This document shows, one piece after another, positions 38,669 to 47,860 of a DNA stretch of 47,860 nt. The notes under the pieces are model-generated. The model was given only the letters and a program-made list of their open reading frames with translations. It had not been told where the DNA came from and did no database searches. The position numbers and the translations under genes were made by a program. Position 1 is the stretch's first letter. Each line of letters begins with the position of its first letter. Source of the stretch: Candidatus Micrarchaeota archaeon (lineage in GTDB: Archaea; Micrarchaeota; Micrarchaeia; Anstonellales; J096); the NCBI GenBank assembly GCA_015523325.1, contig WAKO01000015.1, positions 75,812-123,671 of the forward strand, in the 5' to 3' direction.

Positions 38669-38804
38669 AAAAAATTAAGGAAAGGGTTTAAATTAAATGT
38701 GGGTTTCAACCCATTTAAAAAGCTTCTTCCGATTGGGAAGAAGGTTTAAAAATCAGAAAATCCAAAACCCTAAAAACATTAAAAGAGAAAAATTAGAGGG
38801 GAAA

Positions 38805-39605
38805 ATGATTGAAAAATTCATCAGGGCCTTTTTCAATAGATGCTGCCAAAACTTTATTTACAAAAAAAAGATTGAAGAGCTTGAAAAAGAGAAAAAAGAA
38901 GGAAAAATAAAATGGAGGGGTTTTTCTTACCACCTAACCTTTGATGTTGATCTTAAAGAAGATCATGAAAGATTAACAATGATTTTAAGAGAGTTGAAAA
39001 AGCTTAAAGTTAAAGCAAGCTTTGCCGTTGTAGGGAAATGGGTGGAAATATATCCAAAAATATATGAAGAAATAATAAAGGGAGGACATTGTTTAATAAA
39101 CCACAGCTATTCCCATCCTTTTAGTGAATATTTTAGTAAGAAGAGATGGAATGAATTAGAAGAAATGGAGAAAGAGGAAGAGATAAAAAGGGCTCATGAA
39201 AAAGTTCTAGAGCTAGGGTATGAAATGAAGGTGTTTAGAACCCCTCATTTTGGAAAACAAAAGGATAGAGGAATCTACAAGATATTGGAAAGGCTTGGTT
39301 ATAAAGCGAGTAGCTCATTTCTTGCAATAGATTCAAAATTTTATCCTTTCAAAGTTGGAGATGTAATTGAACTTCCCCTAGCAATTTGTAAAAAACATCC
39401 CTTCACAGCGTTAGATAGTTTTCACTCAATAAGGAAAGGGTGGCACACAAAAACAGATTTTATAAAAGTGTTTAATCAAACCTATGAGTTTTACAAAAAA
39501 ATGGAAATTCCTTTGGTTATTTATGTTGACCCAATAGATATAAACAAAGAAATTCTTAGAATTATTGCTAAGAACTCAAAAGGGTTGGATTCCCTACTTC
39601 ACTGA
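38805..39605 (+). CDS. Polysaccharide deacetylase (CE4/NodB family; start moved to ATG 38805)
   Basis: TFDVD, NHSYSH and FRTPHF motifs. Confidence 0.85.
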   Translation: MIEKFIRAFFNRCCQNFIYKKKIEELEKEKKEGKIKWRGFSYHLTFDVDLKEDHERLTMILRELKKLKVKASFAVVGKWVEIYPKIYEEIIKGGHCLINHSYSHPFSEYFSKKRWNELEEMEKEEEIKRAHEKVLELGYEMKVFRTPHFGKQKDRGIYKILERLGYKASSSFLAIDSKFYPFKVGDVIELPLAICKKHPFTALDSFHSIRKGWHTKTDFIKVFNQTYEFYKKMEIPLVIYVDPIDINKEILRIIAKNSKGLDSLLH

Positions 39606-40511
39606 TCACTTCTTAGAGTAATAAGTAGTGATCCTAACCTTTCCCATTGAGGCTGAAACCCTATTTCCTATCCCATAAACATTTATGAAAGGAATTAGCT
39701 TCCTTAGCTCTTCCCTTAATTCTTTAGTTGTTCCTTCATTTAAATAAGTAATACTTCCCACAAGCCCCTCAAATACCTCCTTTTTCTTTCTTTTCTCACT
39801 CCATCTCTCTATTGTTTCTATTCTTAATCTTCTTAATATGGGTGGAAAATTTTCTCTAATTTCTCCAAGAATAGGAAGCCTATTTATTTCAATTTTTCCA
39901 TAATATATTGCTTTTATTAAATAATATCTCCTCCCTCCATCTATAAGTATATCATACAAAGAAGGGCTCTTTAGCATAATTCCTTCCCTTCTTATTCTAG
40001 TTGGAGTAATGAATTCTACTCTAATTCTATCTTTAAGATAAGGAAACTTTCCTAATTCTTTTTTCTCTACTCTCTTACTCAAAAATCTAAGCTTCCCATA
40101 ACCCCTATTCCTATCTCTCCCTATGGAGCTTAAGTTCTCAACAGCTAAGGAGAATAATTCCACAAGCCATTTCTTTGGATAAAATATGTTTAAATTTAAA
40201 ACTAGCTCCTCTCCTGGAGAATAAGTTTTTCCCTCTAAAGGAGAAAACGTGAAAGGTCTGGGAGGAGGTATTAAATAACCAATAGGTCTAGAAAAGTCTT
40301 TTCCCAACTCGTAACTCAACCCATAAGCACAGTTTTTTAACTCCCCACAACCCTTACAAACTGCACTTCTCCAACTATCTCTATATATGCAAGACTGCTT
40401 CTTTAGCATTTCTCCAATTAAACCTCTAAGCATAAATCCGGGATATTTTGGAAGCCTCACAGGAGTTATCACTTCAAACTTATACTCAACAGAGTAGTAT
40501 TCCATAAGCAT
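39606..40511 (-). CDS. cas6: CRISPR crRNA-processing endoribonuclease Cas6
   Basis: GFMLRG, Cys cluster, PRPF, F.TPTR and C-terminal G-loop GIGNRVSASMG. Confidence 0.88.
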   Translation of the reverse strand: MLMEYYSVEYKFEVITPVRLPKYPGFMLRGLIGEMLKKQSCIYRDSWRSAVCKGCGELKNCAYGLSYELGKDFSRPIGYLIPPPRPFTFSPLEGKTYSPGEELVLNLNIFYPKKWLVELFSLAVENLSSIGRDRNRGYGKLRFLSKRVEKKELGKFPYLKDRIRVEFITPTRIRREGIMLKSPSLYDILIDGGRRYYLIKAIYYGKIEINRLPILGEIRENFPPILRRLRIETIERWSEKRKKKEVFEGLVGSITYLNEGTTKELREELRKLIPFINVYGIGNRVSASMGKVRITTYYSKK

Positions 40512-41669
40512 TCACTTTACTAGATTACTCTTAACCTTAATTTTACCTTCAAAAAGTTTTTTGACGCTGCTCTCAAAGCTTTTCCAGGATTTAGGATTAA
40601 ACTTAAAAGGAGATGTTTTCTCCTTTTTTTCAACTCTTGAAAACAAATTAACTTCTTTTTCAGAAAGATAAGTGTAAGAAGCATCAGTAGTTAAAGGATG
40701 GGCCAAAGCATTTCTTACTGAAAATAACCAATCATGCTCTTTCCTTCCCTTTCTTCCATTTGCTTGTAAAATTTCTTCAGCATTTTTCCTCTCTTCAAAA
40801 TTATATACCTCTTTCTTGGATTTTCCATTTTCCTCCAGTAACTTTGAGATATATGCTTCTCTTAAAAGCTGTATCCCTAATTGAAGGTTTCCCCTCTTAA
40901 AGGTTTCTAAACCTAAATTATATTGTCTTAAATAAATGCTCTCTTCGTTTATTAAATCATAGAACCTCCTTAAATTTTCTCTTAATAAAAAATCCAAGTA
41001 ACCCTCATCCTCTTTCTCAATCCAATTTTTAAAATAAAGTAAAAAATCATCATTAACATTTCCCAAGTTTAAGTTTATCAAAACACTCAAAGTAGCATTC
41101 ATGGATTCATAGCTTTCATCAAACTCTTTCTTTTGGTGCTTCTCAATTATTGTTCTGGCTAAATGATTAAAATCAAGATCTCTTATTGTATTTGTTAACT
41201 CAAAAATCTCCCTAAATTTATTTCTGTATTCATTCATACTGACTATATTTGTTTCTTCTCCCTTATCATCAAAGACTCCGTAGATAAAATTAATATTTTT
41301 TGTTCTAAGATTTACTCCAAAGGTTAGAGCCGCTAAAAGGAAAATAAAAGACAGGTTTCTCATAGAATGAGTAAAATCAAAGTAAATTTCGTCATACTCT
41401 TTAACTTTCTTATAAAATGAATCCAAGAGAAACTCAAAAGCACCTTCTTCCTTAAATGTTATTACTTCATAGTCCTCTAATCCTAAATTTTCTATTGAAT
41501 TTTTTGTAATTTCATTATCTAACCTATAAATTATTAAGTCAGCTCCTAAATACTTTGCCATAAGCCTAGGGTGATACTTATCTCTTCCTAATGCTCTTCC
41601 CCCGAAAAAAACATTTGCCTCCCTATAACTTTTATAGTTTCCTATGGTTGCAATAATTGCTTTTTTCAT
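40512..41669 (-). CDS. csx1: CARF-HEPN ribonuclease Csx1/Csm6-like
   Basis: DFTHSMR (DxTHG-like CARF) and HEPN RNALAH. Confidence 0.85.
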   Translation of the reverse strand: MKKAIIATIGNYKSYREANVFFGGRALGRDKYHPRLMAKYLGADLIIYRLDNEITKNSIENLGLEDYEVITFKEEGAFEFLLDSFYKKVKEYDEIYFDFTHSMRNLSFIFLLAALTFGVNLRTKNINFIYGVFDDKGEETNIVSMNEYRNKFREIFELTNTIRDLDFNHLARTIIEKHQKKEFDESYESMNATLSVLINLNLGNVNDDFLLYFKNWIEKEDEGYLDFLLRENLRRFYDLINEESIYLRQYNLGLETFKRGNLQLGIQLLREAYISKLLEENGKSKKEVYNFEERKNAEEILQANGRKGRKEHDWLFSVRNALAHPLTTDASYTYLSEKEVNLFSRVEKKEKTSPFKFNPKSWKSFESSVKKLFEGKIKVKSNLVK

Positions 41670-42307
41670 CCTCTCCCTCCTAAAAGTAGTAATAAATCAT
41701 AAATATATTCATTAAGAGTAACTTTAACTCTTCTCCCTTCTTTATTCTTTTCAATCAGGCCTTTAATCTCCAAAGTTTTTAGAGAATCACTAATTGTTGA
41801 TTTAGCTCTTTTCAATTTTTTAACCAAAAAAGCCATATCAACCTCTTTCTCTTCCTTTAAAATTCTTAAGATTTTGTAAGAAAGACCATTCCTCTTCTTC
41901 TTATTACAAACTAATTCAACAAAAACCTTTGGGGAAAATAAAAATTTCTTTTCATTCATTTGTAACATCATAATTTTAACTTTAGGCATTTCATTTATCA
42001 TGAAGTAGAGTAGTAATGCAATACTTCCTTCCTTACTCAATCCGGTTATATTAATAAGTATATCTCTTCCTTTCAGCAAAAAAGGACTTATCTTAGCCAA
42101 AATATCCTCAAAATTAGAAAAATCAGCTTCTACTTCATTTACTTTAAAAAGACCTCCTAATTTACTTTTAACTTTTTTCCAAACCTTTTTTGAATGCCTG
42201 GAGTAAACAACAACTACTTTGCTAGATGGTAAAATTTCCTCAAAAGAAGAAAATATTGGTTCTTCCCTCATCCCTACAAATATTATGTTGGTTATTTTTT
42301 CTTTCAT
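41666..42307 (-). CDS. csa3: CARF + winged-helix regulator, Csa3-like
   Basis: N-terminal Rossmann-like CARF (INITGLSK); C-terminal KSTISDSLKTLEIKGLI. Confidence 0.75.
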   Translation of the reverse strand: MKEKITNIIFVGMREEPIFSSFEEILPSSKVVVVYSRHSKKVWKKVKSKLGGLFKVNEVEADFSNFEDILAKISPFLLKGRDILINITGLSKEGSIALLLYFMINEMPKVKIMMLQMNEKKFLFSPKVFVELVCNKKKRNGLSYKILRILKEEKEVDMAFLVKKLKRAKSTISDSLKTLEIKGLIEKNKEGRRVKVTLNEYIYDLLLLLGGRG

Positions 42308-42340
42308 ACTTTACTTTTAGAAAAGAAAATATTATAAATA

Positions 42341-42357
42341 TTTGTATTTTATACAAA
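42341..42357. promoter_or_regulatory. Inverted repeat TTTGTAT-N3-ATACAAA between divergent csa3 and cas1
   Basis: Perfect 7-bp arms in the ~100-bp divergent promoter; AT-rich, so chance occurrence is possible. Confidence 0.4.
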
Positions 42358-42411
42358 CAGTTCGGAAAAATACTTTTAAATTCGTATATTATGCTAAAAA
42401 TAGGGATAAAA

Positions 42412-43329
42412 ATGATTGTGGAGGTGATGGAAAAAGGAGTGTTTATCTCAAAATCAGGAGAAAGATTAATCATTAAGAAAAAAGGAGAAAAACTAAAAGA
42501 GATACCAATTTCAAAGGTGGAAGGGCTCATAATAGGAAAGGGAATAGCCCTTTCATCTGATTCTTTGGTTCTGTGCTCAAAAAATAATGTTCCTGTCTTC
42601 TTTTATTCAAGCTCTTCCACCTACTTTTTACCTTCTAGCTCTCTATCAAAACCCTCAGTGAGAATAAGTCAAATGAAACTAAATGGAAGGAAAAAGAAGA
42701 TATTTATTTACAAATTAGTAAAATGGAAATTAGAAAATCAAAAAAGAGTTGCTCAAGCGTTTGGAGAAAAATTAGAATATGAGATAAAACCAGATTACTC
42801 TCTTCCATTAAAGGATTTTATTTCAAGAATGTTAAATAAAGAAGCTCTTAGCTCAAAAAAATATTGGAACACTTTTGCATCTAAATTCAGAGGTTTTAGA
42901 AGAGTAAAGCTATTTGCAGAGGATAACTTAAACAAAAGCTTAAACTATGGGTATGGGATACTAAAGTATAGTGTTGAAAAAGCAATCCTAAGTTGTGGAT
43001 TAGACCCTTTCATAGGGATTTATCATTCTACAAAAGATTATAGAGAATCTTTTATATTTGATGTAATGGAGCCTTTAAGGCCTTTTGTTGATTTTTGCGT
43101 CTTTTCTTTTTTGGATGAAGAGAAAATGGAAAAAGATTTCTCAGAAATAAAACATGAGCTTGCAAAAACAATTGTAGGATTCTTCAAAAAAGATAATTTT
43201 AGTATTGGAAAAATAAAAGGAAATCTTCAGAGATGTTTAATAGGACAAGGTTATTTAATTTCGGATTTTTTTAAAGGCGAAGAAAAGCTAGAATTTGTAA
43301 GAGTGAAAGAATGGAGTTTAAAAGAGTAG
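42412..43329 (+). CDS. cas1: CRISPR-associated integrase Cas1 (start moved to ATG 42412)
   Basis: EA...YW, N..LNYGY, GLDPFIGIYH and DVMEPLRP. Confidence 0.95.
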   Translation: MIVEVMEKGVFISKSGERLIIKKKGEKLKEIPISKVEGLIIGKGIALSSDSLVLCSKNNVPVFFYSSSSTYFLPSSSLSKPSVRISQMKLNGRKKKIFIYKLVKWKLENQKRVAQAFGEKLEYEIKPDYSLPLKDFISRMLNKEALSSKKYWNTFASKFRGFRRVKLFAEDNLNKSLNYGYGILKYSVEKAILSCGLDPFIGIYHSTKDYRESFIFDVMEPLRPFVDFCVFSFLDEEKMEKDFSEIKHELAKTIVGFFKKDNFSIGKIKGNLQRCLIGQGYLISDFFKGEEKLEFVRVKEWSLKE

Positions 43330-43589
43330 CTGTATTCTATGATATCAGAGATGATAATAGAAGAAAAAGGTTTTCTGATTTTTTAAAGGATATTGGATTA
43401 GAAAGAGTTCAAATGAGTGGTTTTATGGGTTGTATAAGGGAGGATTTAATTGAAAGGTTAAAAGATAAATGTAAAGAGTTTGAAGAAGACACTATCCACA
43501 TAATATGGTTATACAAATGTGGAAAAGACATAGTAGAAACATTTGGTTTTGCTCATATTCCAGAAGATGAAGACATTTACACGCTTTAA
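43311..43589 (+). CDS. cas2: CRISPR-associated Cas2
   Basis: VFYDIRDDNRR and GLERVQMSGF. Confidence 0.95.
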   Translation: MEFKRVAVFYDIRDDNRRKRFSDFLKDIGLERVQMSGFMGCIREDLIERLKDKCKEFEEDTIHIIWLYKCGKDIVETFGFAHIPEDEDIYTL

Positions 43590-44515
43590 TCCTTAAACCT
43601 AGCCACACATAACCCTGGTTTAACATAATCATCTTTATAATAAACAACATCTAGGGATTTTTTATTTACAAACCTTCTCAAAGCTTTTTCTACAGGAAAT
43701 ATCTTATAAAAAGCTTCTGTATCCCTTCCAATAATCATTAAATACCCATCCTTTATTTCTAAGAAACTCTCCAAAACTTCTATTACGCTTTGCTTTTCTG
43801 GAGGGTTTAGCTTAGAAGCCTTCAATGTTTTTAAATTAACCTTAACCATTGTTCTGGTGTAACTATCAACTCTTTCCATTATTTTCTCTAAATCTGTGGT
43901 TTGATAGTAATTTTCATAATGAGGGTTAAAAGAGAGGGAAAACTCAATTTTTTCTCCTTCATCAATCATCTCCAAAATACCTGTAGATATATTTTTAGTG
44001 CTTTTTGAAGGATTTATCTTTATGTTCTTTTCTTCACAAAAAACCCTTCTATCAATTAAGGAGGAATCCCTTATTAGCAAAGGATCCCTATTTCTTGTTT
44101 TTCCTTTTGGGGCATTTATTCCAAAAGCTGTGTTTATTGTTCCTTTTAATGTTGAAGCTGGGATATAAAGCTTTCCTCTAGTTTTAACATGAGCATGCAA
44201 TATCTTACTCCTAACATCTTCTGGAGAATAATAATAGAATTTAGCTTGTTTAGCTTTTCCTTCTCCAATAATTTTCCTAACTTTATTTTTAATCCAAGAA
44301 TATGGAGGAGCATAATTTCCATTATTTAAGTGTGAAATTATATCCCTAAGCAAATTAACATCCAAAGCATTTCTTAATTCATTCTCAAAATCATAATAAA
44401 TAGCACTATTTTCTACATCTATTAAAATCTCAAAAGGCTCTAGCAAAACATCTCCTGATGCTATAAAAATGGGAGAAAATGCTTCAATCTCTAACTTTCT
44501 AAACATTTTCACCAA
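43586..44515 (-). CDS. csm5: Type III-A RAMP Csm5
   Basis: SPIFIASG, YIPASTLKG and IRDS; operon position. Confidence 0.8.
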   Translation of the reverse strand: MVKMFRKLEIEAFSPIFIASGDVLLEPFEILIDVENSAIYYDFENELRNALDVNLLRDIISHLNNGNYAPPYSWIKNKVRKIIGEGKAKQAKFYYYSPEDVRSKILHAHVKTRGKLYIPASTLKGTINTAFGINAPKGKTRNRDPLLIRDSSLIDRRVFCEEKNIKINPSKSTKNISTGILEMIDEGEKIEFSLSFNPHYENYYQTTDLEKIMERVDSYTRTMVKVNLKTLKASKLNPPEKQSVIEVLESFLEIKDGYLMIIGRDTEAFYKIFPVEKALRRFVNKKSLDVVYYKDDYVKPGLCVARFKD

Positions 44516-45380
44516 CTCCTAGTGATATTGGTTTTCCTGGAAATACCTTTTTGCACCCATTGCAAACTAAATCCAATCCAACATCCTTGCTTTCAGAAAC
44601 AGAAAAAGCCTCAACAAAATAAAACTTATGAGAATGTGGCACACTCTCATTGAATGGAGCATAGGAGTAAACATTAGGTTTTCCAAACACTTTTCCTAAA
44701 TCCTCTTCTTTTGCAATAACATCACTCAAAAAGATGTTTAAACTTCCATCTGGAAGGTTGAAACTTGAGATGTCTTTTAACTCAAAACTACTAAAAGTAG
44801 TTTTATCTGCTGAAATTCCTAAATCTTCTAAAAATTCTAAAGCCTCCCTAAGTAAGCTCTTTTCTACTCCATCAACCAAGAAAACTCCTTTTTCCTGTTC
44901 AAACATCAACATATTATAAAGACCTGTTGAATACCTTGTTTTTTTAGGAAGCGGTTTTGTCTTTCCTTCAAATGTTTCTTTTTCTCCATCAGATTCTCTC
45001 ATTTCCTTATCTATGATCTTTGAAATTTCCTCTCTATCCTTGTCCACTAAAGCTTTTACTAACAAATTCAATTCGTTAGGAGTTAGTTTAAGCTTTTTTA
45101 TCTTCTTCTTTTTTTCATCTAAGTATTCCTCCATTTTCTTATCTTCACTAATACTCGGGAACTTCATAAGTAGATAATTAAAAACATTTTCAATTGGAAT
45201 TAAAATTTCTCCTTCTCCAGTTATTCCTAACAATCTAGAAACTCTTAAGTTTGGAATAGTAGATCCCAATTCTGAAATAGCATAAATAATAGCTCCTCCT
45301 AATTGTATGGAGGGAAGAGTTCCAAATTTGTTTATAGCTCTTCCACTAAGCTTTATGTTTTCTAGCTCCACTCTAAACAT
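44499..45380 (-). CDS. csm4: Type III-A RAMP Csm4 (Cas5 group)
   Basis: LPSIQLGGAI and LEDLGISADKT; lies between csm3 and csm5. Confidence 0.72.
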   Translation of the reverse strand: MFRVELENIKLSGRAINKFGTLPSIQLGGAIIYAISELGSTIPNLRVSRLLGITGEGEILIPIENVFNYLLMKFPSISEDKKMEEYLDEKKKKIKKLKLTPNELNLLVKALVDKDREEISKIIDKEMRESDGEKETFEGKTKPLPKKTRYSTGLYNMLMFEQEKGVFLVDGVEKSLLREALEFLEDLGISADKTTFSSFELKDISSFNLPDGSLNIFLSDVIAKEEDLGKVFGKPNVYSYAPFNESVPHSHKFYFVEAFSVSESKDVGLDLVCNGCKKVFPGKPISLGVGENV

Positions 45381-45392
45381 TTCTCTCCTCCT

Positions 45393-46139
45393 TTATTCCC
45401 TTAGAAATACTTTAACTGCTCCATATCCTCTTGTTCCGCTACCCCCTAAATAATCATCTTCTAATAAAGAGAGGCCAATTAAAACTAATTTTAAGTAATC
45501 GTTTGCATTATTTACTTTAAATCTCTTATCTAATTTTTCATAATAGTGTGAAATTCTGCTATTATAGGGTTCTTCCAACTCTCCATCTTCCAACATTATT
45601 ATCTTTCCTGAAAAAACTGTTCCTGGAACAACCCTCTCTGTTTGTCTTGGATTACTTGCTTTTGCATTATATCTATCTATTGTATTTTCAAACTTTACTT
45701 CTAAAAAATCTCTTGGTGTTTTTCCCTCATCCCTATAAATAAAATCAACTGGAGGTTGGTAATCATTAATTTGTGGCTCTTCTCTAGAGATATAAACATC
45801 TCTGAATATAACTTTGCTCATTTGGGATTGTTTATTGCTTGAATATCCAAATACTCTACAAACCGCACATTTCCCACACTTGCATATTCTTGGTTGTTTT
45901 TCATCACTAGGTTTATTCACATCATCATCTAAATTAGAAAAACTCCTGTTTCCTCTTTGCCCCTGTATTTCTAAAAGGCTTCTAACCTTTCCCTTTAACG
46001 AACTTCCCGGAATGTAAGGAAATCCCTGAGGGTCTTTAACCACAACGTTATCTATTGCTGCTATCTCATACTCTGCTTGTCCTCCTATATGCAAACCTGT
46101 TTCCACAACCACATAAAAATTTAATTTCTTCCTTTCCAT
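45393..46139 (-). CDS. csm3: Type III-A Csm3 (Cas7 group RNase)
   Basis: TGLHIGG, IDN (catalytic Asp), YIPGSSLKGK, KFENTIDR, PRQTERV and YLGGSGTRGYG. Confidence 0.95.
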   Translation of the reverse strand: MERKKLNFYVVVETGLHIGGQAEYEIAAIDNVVVKDPQGFPYIPGSSLKGKVRSLLEIQGQRGNRSFSNLDDDVNKPSDEKQPRICKCGKCAVCRVFGYSSNKQSQMSKVIFRDVYISREEPQINDYQPPVDFIYRDEGKTPRDFLEVKFENTIDRYNAKASNPRQTERVVPGTVFSGKIIMLEDGELEEPYNSRISHYYEKLDKRFKVNNANDYLKLVLIGLSLLEDDYLGGSGTRGYGAVKVFLRE

Positions 46140-46148
46140 TTTATCGCC

Positions 46149-46607
46149 TCAATTTTTTGAATATGCTGCTAAATAAGTGCATATTAACTTAAGTAAGTGA
46201 AGGATCTTTTCTTTTTTTTCCTCTTCACTTTTAGAAGCCTTCTCTAGAAATCTTGATATTCCCTTAAACCAAAATTTTCCTTGGCCATTATTTTTATTCC
46301 CCACATAAACTAACTTTGCAGCTTCATACAAAAGGTCCTTTTCTTCTAGCTCTCTTTTTTCTTGCTTTTTATATAATTCATTTATAACTGAAACAAGATA
46401 TATTGCTTTAGATACACTCAATTTATATAATGAATCATTCCTTTGCTTACTAGAAACTTTACTAAAAAATCCCTTAAACTCCTCTATAACCTCCTTCAAT
46501 TCTTTCTTGCCTTCAATATATTCATTAGCAATACTCCAAACCTCCATTTCATTTTTCTTATTCAAATCTCTTCCATATTGATTTCTATTTCTTCCAAAAT
46601 AACTCAT
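46149..46607 (-). CDS. csm2: Type III-A small subunit Csm2 (Cas11)
   Basis: Small helical protein between cas10 and csm3; AKLVY and C-terminal AY.K. Confidence 0.7.
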   Translation of the reverse strand: MSYFGRNRNQYGRDLNKKNEMEVWSIANEYIEGKKELKEVIEEFKGFFSKVSSKQRNDSLYKLSVSKAIYLVSVINELYKKQEKRELEEKDLLYEAAKLVYVGNKNNGQGKFWFKGISRFLEKASKSEEEKKEKILHLLKLICTYLAAYSKN

Positions 46608-46611
46608 AAAC

Positions 46612-47860
46612 TCACCTCTTTTCTTTTATCTCCAATCTATAGAGGAACACTCCCAAGTATAAGGCATAAATATCTGGAATTACTATATTTTCTAACTTCC
46701 TCTTTCTTTTAACATATTCTTCCTTAGCTTTAGCTAGTTCTTCCAAATACTCTTTCATCATCTTAATCTTTCTGGAATTTCTTAAGTATTTTGAGGATTT
46801 TATTTGAATTAAGTTATGAATAAAAGAAGTTGGTAATTTCTCATCAGACCCTAGCAATTCTAAAAATTCTTGTGTTGCATTCTCCAATTTAATAAATTCT
46901 GAAAGATTATAGGGCTTTGGCTTTTCCCCTGTTTTTATAAATGAAAAGGTTAATCCCGGATCACCTTTTTTCTTCTTATTTTTAGCTTCCTTAATATAAT
47001 TCTCTAATTTCATAAATATATCTCTCATAGGGGTTCCTTTTCCTACCAATAAATAAGTAGAGCTTAAGGTTATTTCGCCATTTGTGAGGTCTTTCATTCT
47101 TTTATTTAGTTCTATAACAAAATTATACATATCTTTAAGATCTCCTGCAATTAATATGTCATCTCCTCCTATATAAACAGGATAAATTAGGTATTTTTTC
47201 TCACTTAAGATATAAGAGATATGTTGTCTTAGATACCAACTTAATATTTCAGATAATTCTAAAGGCTTTGAAAGGTCCACTTTACTAACTTTCTTATAAA
47301 TCTTTCCTAAATTATCTACATCCATCTTGACGAATGCATAATAAGAAGGAAAATACTTTCTTTGAGTAGAAGTAAATTTGTCTAATAACTTTACTGAATT
47401 GGATAAAGGGAATAGATAATTAAAACCTGTCTTATTAAATGAATCCTTTATGAATGAAAAGAAATTTCCTTCTCCAAGCCTATATGAAGCAACTAAAGGA
47501 ATTACTTTGTTAAACCTTCCATCTAATTCTTTCTCTAATCCTTTTCCAATTTCTTTTGATTTTACAAAAACAGACAAATTAAATCCATCAATTGTTATTG
47601 CTTTCTCTAGTTTTTCTTTCTCATAAAAAGAGAATATCACAAAGCTATTAATTTTATCTTCCTTAGATTTTTTCAAAAATACATCTCCTATGTTAAAAGA
47701 AACTAAACAAGCAGGACACAATTCTAATTTTTCTTCTTCATTTTCACCTACATAAGTTATTTTTTCTTCTATCTCTTCACTCAACTCACCACACACTTCA
47801 CACAATTTAGCATTCTTCCCAAGTTCCAAAAACTGAGTAGAAATATTATAAGTAAGGGAA
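46612..47860 (-). CDS. cas10: Cas10/Csm1, partial (frame open to the window edge)
   Basis: CxxC...CxxC zinc finger, KMDVDNLG and YIGGDD palm motifs. Confidence 0.93.
   Translation of the reverse strand, partial: SLTYNISTQFLELGKNAKLCEVCGELSEEIEEKITYVGENEEEKLELCPACLVSFNIGDVFLKKSKEDKINSFVIFSFYEKEKLEKAITIDGFNLSVFVKSKEIGKGLEKELDGRFNKVIPLVASYRLGEGNFFSFIKDSFNKTGFNYLFPLSNSVKLLDKFTSTQRKYFPSYYAFVKMDVDNLGKIYKKVSKVDLSKPLELSEILSWYLRQHISYILSEKKYLIYPVYIGGDDILIAGDLKDMYNFVIELNKRMKDLTNGEITLSSTYLLVGKGTPMRDIFMKLENYIKEAKNKKKKGDPGLTFSFIKTGEKPKPYNLSEFIKLENATQEFLELLGSDEKLPTSFIHNLIQIKSSKYLRNSRKIKMMKEYLEELAKAKEEYVKRKRKLENIVIPDIYALYLGVFLYRLEIKEKR

Noticed and set aside
38702-38740. GTTTCAAC-starting segment as an orphan CRISPR repeat
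   Set aside because: Single copy and no ATTGAAA-type end.
42226-42411. N-terminal extension of Cas1 in the ORF track
   Set aside because: Overlaps csa3 and the promoter; Cas1 similarity begins at ATG 42412.
1621-46712. Many 60-140 aa antisense or alternate-frame ORFs (e.g. 1621, 7164, 19454, 32564, 34686)
   Set aside because: Shadows of well-supported genes with Ser/Phe/Leu-rich antisense composition.
46612-47829. Cas10 as a short HD-less variant
   Set aside because: The reading frame stays open to the window edge, so the gene is simply cut.

Overview
AT-rich, gene-dense archaeal chromosomal segment. The gene content and divergent, compact proteins suggest a DPANN archaeon, perhaps a thermophilic Micrarchaeota (inference only). 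Housekeeping genes: L14e, L1-P0-P1 ribosomal proteins, CysRS, RtcB, Pus10, SecDF, two Orc1/Cdc6 homologues, Lhr helicase with its metallophosphoesterase partner, Nth and four intronless tRNAs (Leu, Asn, Val, Phe). Two ncRNAs were read by eye: a very small (~183 nt) RNase P RNA and an SRP RNA that appears to lack helix 6. The right end holds a type III-A CRISPR-Cas locus (cas10 cut by the window edge, no array visible). The main unexplained items are (1) a 7 kb array of six paralogous CedA/VirB6-like membrane proteins, (2) three tandem GC-rich structured ~63-nt repeats directly upstream of tRNA-Leu, and (3) a glutamine-synthetase-fold protein that has lost nearly all catalytic residues. All calls come from motif reading; no database searches were run.
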